A stretch of 64,000 bases of DNA from contig CAYLWB010000001.1 of the NCBI GenBank assembly GCA_964387375.1, positions 38,514 to 102,513 of the forward strand, written 5' to 3'. Position numbers and translations under genes: made by a program. This document shows, one piece after another, positions 60,917 through 64,000 of this stretch. Position 1 is the first letter of the stretch; each line of letters opens with the position of its first letter. The notes beneath the pieces are model-generated. The model searched no databases and had not been told where the DNA came from. It saw nothing but the letters and a program-made list of their open reading frames with translations. The DNA comes from an uncultured Candidatus Peribacteria bacterium. GTDB taxonomy: Bacteria; Patescibacteriota; Gracilibacteria; UBA1369; 2-02-FULL-48-14.

Positions 60917-61990
60917 ATGATTAACACGAACTTCACTTTAAATGCGCAGCTGTCTGCAAAAGACATCGAGTTGCATGAACTCATTCTCAATCTACTGGTA
61001 GTGCTTTCTGACAAAGAGAAGTTTATCATAGAGAGTCGTTTCGCTCTAGATCTTCGGAAGCGTCTCACTTTGGAAGAAATTGGTGGCCACTTCGGCCTTA
61101 CTCGAGAACGCATCCGTCAAATAGAAAAAAGTGCTCTTAGAAAGCTTGAGCGCAACGCCCAAAACACCAATATTAAAACTTTGACCGATTTTGCAAAAAA
61201 ACTCCTAGAAAGAGAAGGTGGAATATTGAGAGACAAAGAATTCAAGGCTGAGCTGCTTCATCTTCTGCCCAACGTTACAGATGAAAAAGCTCAAGATCTC
61301 CATCTAGCTTTGATTCTAGACCCCGGTTTGCATTTTGAATCCAATACCCTCACCCACCACCCCTACTGGCATCTTGGATCCATCAATGAAAATACTGTTC
61401 TAAAGACAAGTGCAAAAATCACGCAAATTCTTGAAAAGGCAAAACGCATCATGTCCCTGAAAGAAATCAAGAATGAACTTCTAAAAAACAACATGGACGA
61501 TTTCGAAGAGAAGACTTTGCCAAACGTAATCCAAGTGAGCAAAGAGTGTAAAATCACTGACAAGGGAGTAGGACTTTTCGCTTGGCGCCATGTGCATCCA
61601 AGAACTTTAAGAGACAAGATTCATTATATTTTGAATCAAGAAAAGCGCCCCATGCACTTTGAAAAAATCGCAAAAATCATTGAATCAAATCGTTTTGACC
61701 ATAAGAAGATAAACCTACAAGCAGTACACAATGAATTGATCAGAAACGAAAATTTCATTCTTATTGGACGCGGCATTTATGCCCTCAAAGAATGGGGCTT
61801 CCAAACTGGAACCGTAAGCGATGTGATTGAACGCATCCTTTCCGATGGAGAAGCTCGAACACGTGAAGAAATAACAAACAGTGTGCTCAAAGAGCGCCAG
61901 GTGAAAAGCATTACGGTTTATCTCAACTTGAAAAACTCTGAAAAGTTCACCCGCGTAGGACGAAATCACTACGCGCTAAGAAAAGGCTAG
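60917..61990 (+). CDS. sigma-70 region 4 domain protein fused to three HARE-HTH-like modules
   Basis: LSDKEKFIIESRFALDLRKRLTLEEIGGHFGLTRERIRQIEKSALRKLE (region 4.2 HTH) with no region 2. Then three repeats ending in ...VGLFAWRH, ...GRGIYALKEWGF and ...VGRNHYALR, typical of HARE-HTH. Start at ATG 60917; the track ORF uses GTG 60821. Confidence 0.7.
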   Translation: MINTNFTLNAQLSAKDIELHELILNLLVVLSDKEKFIIESRFALDLRKRLTLEEIGGHFGLTRERIRQIEKSALRKLERNAQNTNIKTLTDFAKKLLEREGGILRDKEFKAELLHLLPNVTDEKAQDLHLALILDPGLHFESNTLTHHPYWHLGSINENTVLKTSAKITQILEKAKRIMSLKEIKNELLKNNMDDFEEKTLPNVIQVSKECKITDKGVGLFAWRHVHPRTLRDKIHYILNQEKRPMHFEKIAKIIESNRFDHKKINLQAVHNELIRNENFILIGRGIYALKEWGFQTGTVSDVIERILSDGEARTREEITNSVLKERQVKSITVYLNLKNSEKFTRVGRNHYALRKG

Positions 61991-63259
61991 AAAGGCCCCA
62001 ACCGCAAGAATCAACAGCAAGGAGCCAAAAGTCCTTCGACCTACCGATGGTGCCGCAAAAGAAAGCACGATGAATCCTTTGACGAGGGTATTGGAGAGTG
62101 TAGCCATAGTGATAGCTGCAGCAGCCACATGAGGATCCAACTCATTAAAAAGGCTGAGATTTGCCATAGATACGGTAATCGCATCAACGTCCACAAAACC
62201 AGAGATGAAAGCCGTTAAATAAACTCCACTCTCTCCAAAACTAATGTGCATGAATTTTGAGAGGAGTAAAAGTAGAGCAAAAAGAAAACCAAACTGAAGA
62301 GCTGGCCAAAAATGATAAGGGCTCTTCATGTGAAAATCCTTTGCATCCGGAGTTTTAAGCTTTCCTCCATCAGAAAGCCAAAAAAAGAGCGCCAAAACAC
62401 CACCCGTGACCCCCATGCCCAGCATAGGAGGATACAAGTGCATTAGAAGGTCTTGATTGAGAATGGAAACTTCCAACAAGACACGAAAAAACATGGCAGA
62501 AGCAGCCACTAAAATTCCAAAAACCAATGGGTTCACAATCTGTGAATTTTTTTTGCTCAAGTTCGCAAAACTCATAGAAACCGCAGTCGAAGAAATGAGC
62601 CCACCCAAAAAGCCACTCAACCCCACACCCTTCTTTGCTCCAAAGGCTTTGATGGCAATATAACTCAGAAAAGAAATGCTCGTGATTAAAACGACCATGA
62701 GCCAAATGAGATGGGGGTTCAAAACATCCAAAGGGCCATAGGTTTGGTTTGGGAGGAGAGGCAAAATGATAAAGGTCACCGCAATGAATTTGAGAGCATC
62801 ATAAATTTCTTTCTTTTCTATCGTTCTGGCAAAACCGTGCAAAGCACCCCTAAAATGCAAAAGTAAAACCATCAAAAGTGTCAAAATCGATGCAACAACA
62901 GGCTCCCCCTTTGCCATAAGAATCCCCACCAAATAAACCAAAAGCACACTCATCTCGCGTGTTGCACCTACGCTTTGGTTTAAATAGGAGGCAAAGGCGT
63001 AAGAAGCAACCAAGAGAGCTAAAAACCCACTCGTAAAAACTGCAAAAACAATAGGATCTCTTCCAAAAATGGCATAGAGAACATAAGAGAAAACTGCAAC
63101 CAAAGTCATGGTACGAATGCCCCCAAAGTCACGAGCCCCAGAGGATTCTTGGTTTCGCTCCCTTTCCAAGCCCACCAAACCACCCAGAAAAACAGTGAGG
63201 CCTAACTCTCTTAAAAAAACAAGGATATCGGTCATAATTTTTGGCGCAGACAAAGTCAT
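61976..63259 (-). CDS. MgtC/SapB-family protein fused to a DUF4010 membrane domain
   Basis: LGLTVFLGGLVGLERE (MgtC signature) followed by about 10 further TM helices. Start placed at the Met at 63259 so the CDS clears the tRNA promoter; the longest ORF reaches 63286. Confidence 0.8.
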   Translation of the reverse strand: MTLSAPKIMTDILVFLRELGLTVFLGGLVGLERERNQESSGARDFGGIRTMTLVAVFSYVLYAIFGRDPIVFAVFTSGFLALLVASYAFASYLNQSVGATREMSVLLVYLVGILMAKGEPVVASILTLLMVLLLHFRGALHGFARTIEKKEIYDALKFIAVTFIILPLLPNQTYGPLDVLNPHLIWLMVVLITSISFLSYIAIKAFGAKKGVGLSGFLGGLISSTAVSMSFANLSKKNSQIVNPLVFGILVAASAMFFRVLLEVSILNQDLLMHLYPPMLGMGVTGGVLALFFWLSDGGKLKTPDAKDFHMKSPYHFWPALQFGFLFALLLLLSKFMHISFGESGVYLTAFISGFVDVDAITVSMANLSLFNELDPHVAAAAITMATLSNTLVKGFIVLSFAAPSVGRRTFGSLLLILAVGAFLAFS

Positions 63260-63271
63260 TGTAGAAAAAAC

Positions 63272-63299
63272 TTGCCCTTTGCACAAGATTCGCTACAAT
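63272..63299 (+). promoter_or_regulatory. sigma70-like promoter for the tRNA-Leu/tRNA-Val pair
   Basis: TTGCCC (63272-63277), 16-nt spacer, TACAAT (63294-63299). The tRNA starts at 63310. Confidence 0.45.
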
Positions 63300-63309
63300 A
63301 CCGAGGCCT

Positions 63310-63399
63310 GGGCAAGTGGCGGAATTGGTAGACGCGCTAGCTTGAGGGGCTAGTCCTGAATTTATCGGGGTGGAGGTTCAAGTCCTCTCTTGCCCACCA
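63310..63399 (+). tRNA. tRNA-Leu (anticodon GAG), CCA encoded
   Basis: Acceptor GGGCAAG/CTTGCCC, anticodon stem CTAGC/GCTAG with loop TTGAGGG, long variable arm, T-loop TTCAAGT. Confidence 0.9.
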
Positions 63400-63420
63400 G
63401 AGCATTCACAATTCGTTATA

Positions 63421-63497
63421 AGGGCGCTTAGCTCAGCTGGTTAGAGCACCTCGTTTACACCGAGGGGGTCGCGGGTTCGAATCCCCCAGCGCCCACC
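63421..63497 (+). tRNA. tRNA-Val (anticodon TAC), CCA encoded
   Basis: Acceptor GGGCGCT/AGCGCCC, anticodon stem CCTCG/CGAGG with loop TTTACAC, T-loop TTCGAAT. There is one C:C mismatch in the T-stem. Confidence 0.85.
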
Positions 63498-63499
63498 AC

Positions 63500-63525
63500 C
63501 GTTTCACTCCAAAGTGAAACTTTTT
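63500..63525 (+). terminator. rho-independent terminator of the tRNA-Leu/tRNA-Val unit
   Basis: GTTTCAC-tccaaa-GTGAAAC hairpin followed directly by TTTTTT. Confidence 0.7.
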
Positions 63526-63572
63526 TGACATAGTTGTGTTTTTGTTTATGATTTAGCTTTTAACTGCTTCGT

Positions 63573-64000
63573 ATGAAACGTCTCTTCACCCTTGCCCTCC
63601 TACTGATTTTATTCTTCCCAAATCTCCCTAAAAGTTACGCATCAGCTCTTTTAGTAGACTGCAGCAACGGCACTCAATACACCGCCGATTACGACTGGCT
63701 CGTGGACGCCGGAGTGAACCCAGCAGCAACACATCGAGACTTTCAAACGGCAATTGATGCTGCATCCAGCGGAGAAGTGATTGCTGTTTGCCCTGGTACT
63801 TATACCACTGGATTCAATATCACGAGGAAAAATCTAGTGATACAAGGCTTGGACACTACAAGTGGAAGTACAACCATTACAGATGGAGGCACTCAGGGTA
63901 TCGCCCTCATTTTGGAAAGCAACGTGGAGTTGAGCAACATGAGCTTCATTGATGGAGTGTCTAACGAAGCGAATCGAAGCGCTGGAATCAGCATTGGGTC
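63573..64000 (+). CDS. 5' part of a secreted right-handed beta-helix (pectate-lyase-fold-like) protein; runs off the window
   Basis: Translated by hand: MKRLFTLALLLILFFPNLPKSYA (signal peptide), then FQTAIDAASSGEVIAVCPGTYTTGFNITRKNLVIQG...TITDGG...LSNMSFIDG, typical of the N-terminal cap and first coils of beta-helix proteins. No stop before 64000. Confidence 0.6.
   Translation, partial: MKRLFTLALLLILFFPNLPKSYASALLVDCSNGTQYTADYDWLVDAGVNPAATHRDFQTAIDAASSGEVIAVCPGTYTTGFNITRKNLVIQGLDTTSGSTTITDGGTQGIALILESNVELSNMSFIDGVSNEANRSAGISIG

Noticed and set aside
1-64000. Possibility of a recoded genetic code (UGA as Gly, as in Gracilibacteria/Absconditabacteria)
   Set aside because: TGA cleanly terminates conserved genes at their expected lengths (for example the rluD-like gene at 17444-17446 and the OmpR-type regulator at 60756-60758). 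No conserved gene is broken by in-frame TGA. The standard code 11 fits.
1-64000. CRISPR arrays, IS elements, integrases, prophage or rRNA genes
   Set aside because: I found no regularly spaced direct repeats, no transposase, integrase or recombinase motifs, and no rRNA-like sequence. The only exact DNA repeat I found is the 2 x 18 bp duplication at 3656-3691.

Overview
This 64 kb window is a densely packed, mostly housekeeping stretch of a small bacterial genome. I infer a CPR/Patescibacteria-like organism from three things: a CPR-type T4SS-pilin-like protein, a protein combining sigma region 4 with HARE-HTH modules, and very tight gene packing. The standard genetic code applies, because TGA, TAA and TAG all close well-conserved genes. 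I can support about 62 protein-coding genes, 5 tRNA genes (all with encoded CCA), several sigma70-like promoters and a few intrinsic terminators. I see no rRNA, CRISPR array, transposase, integrase or prophage.

Recognisable content:
- Translation: gatB, fmt, tyrS, cysS, glyQS, dtd, pth, rpsB, tsf, rplU, obg, der, rluD-like.
- Repair: recG, uvrC, a dnaQ-like exonuclease.
- Envelope: murC, murJ, ftsB-like, lepB, an LCP protein, a TagA-like GT26, a CsaB-like pyruvyltransferase, two GT4 enzymes and an O-antigen-ligase-like protein.
- Regulation: a STAS plus kinase pair, a HAMP-PP2C phosphatase, a TrmB-like regulator, an atypical OmpR-type regulator, and the sigma region 4/HARE-HTH protein.

Best candidate for something new: a radical-SAM/GNAT Elp3 homologue sits head-to-head, 5 nt apart, with a methyltransferase that carries the Trm9/ALKBH8 signature motifs. 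That pairing suggests a eukaryote/archaeon-style (m)cm5U34 tRNA wobble-modification pathway in a bacterium.

Other items worth a second look:
- a 7TM protein (transglutaminase-associated type) paired with a MATCAP/DUF1704-like protein that lacks HExxH, with no ligase visible
- a putative transporter fused to HEAT repeats, in an operon with a HAMP-PP2C phosphatase
- an orphan VirD4/TraG-like ATPase and a separate pilin-like gene
- a roughly 100-aa insertion in UvrC
- a 1122-aa protein with no recognisable domain
- a lipoprotein cassette flanked by two CAT-anticodon tRNAs
- a perfect 18-bp tandem duplication in a divergent promoter region
- 3' overlap at almost every convergent gene pair

All functional calls come from reading motifs by eye. 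No database search was run.
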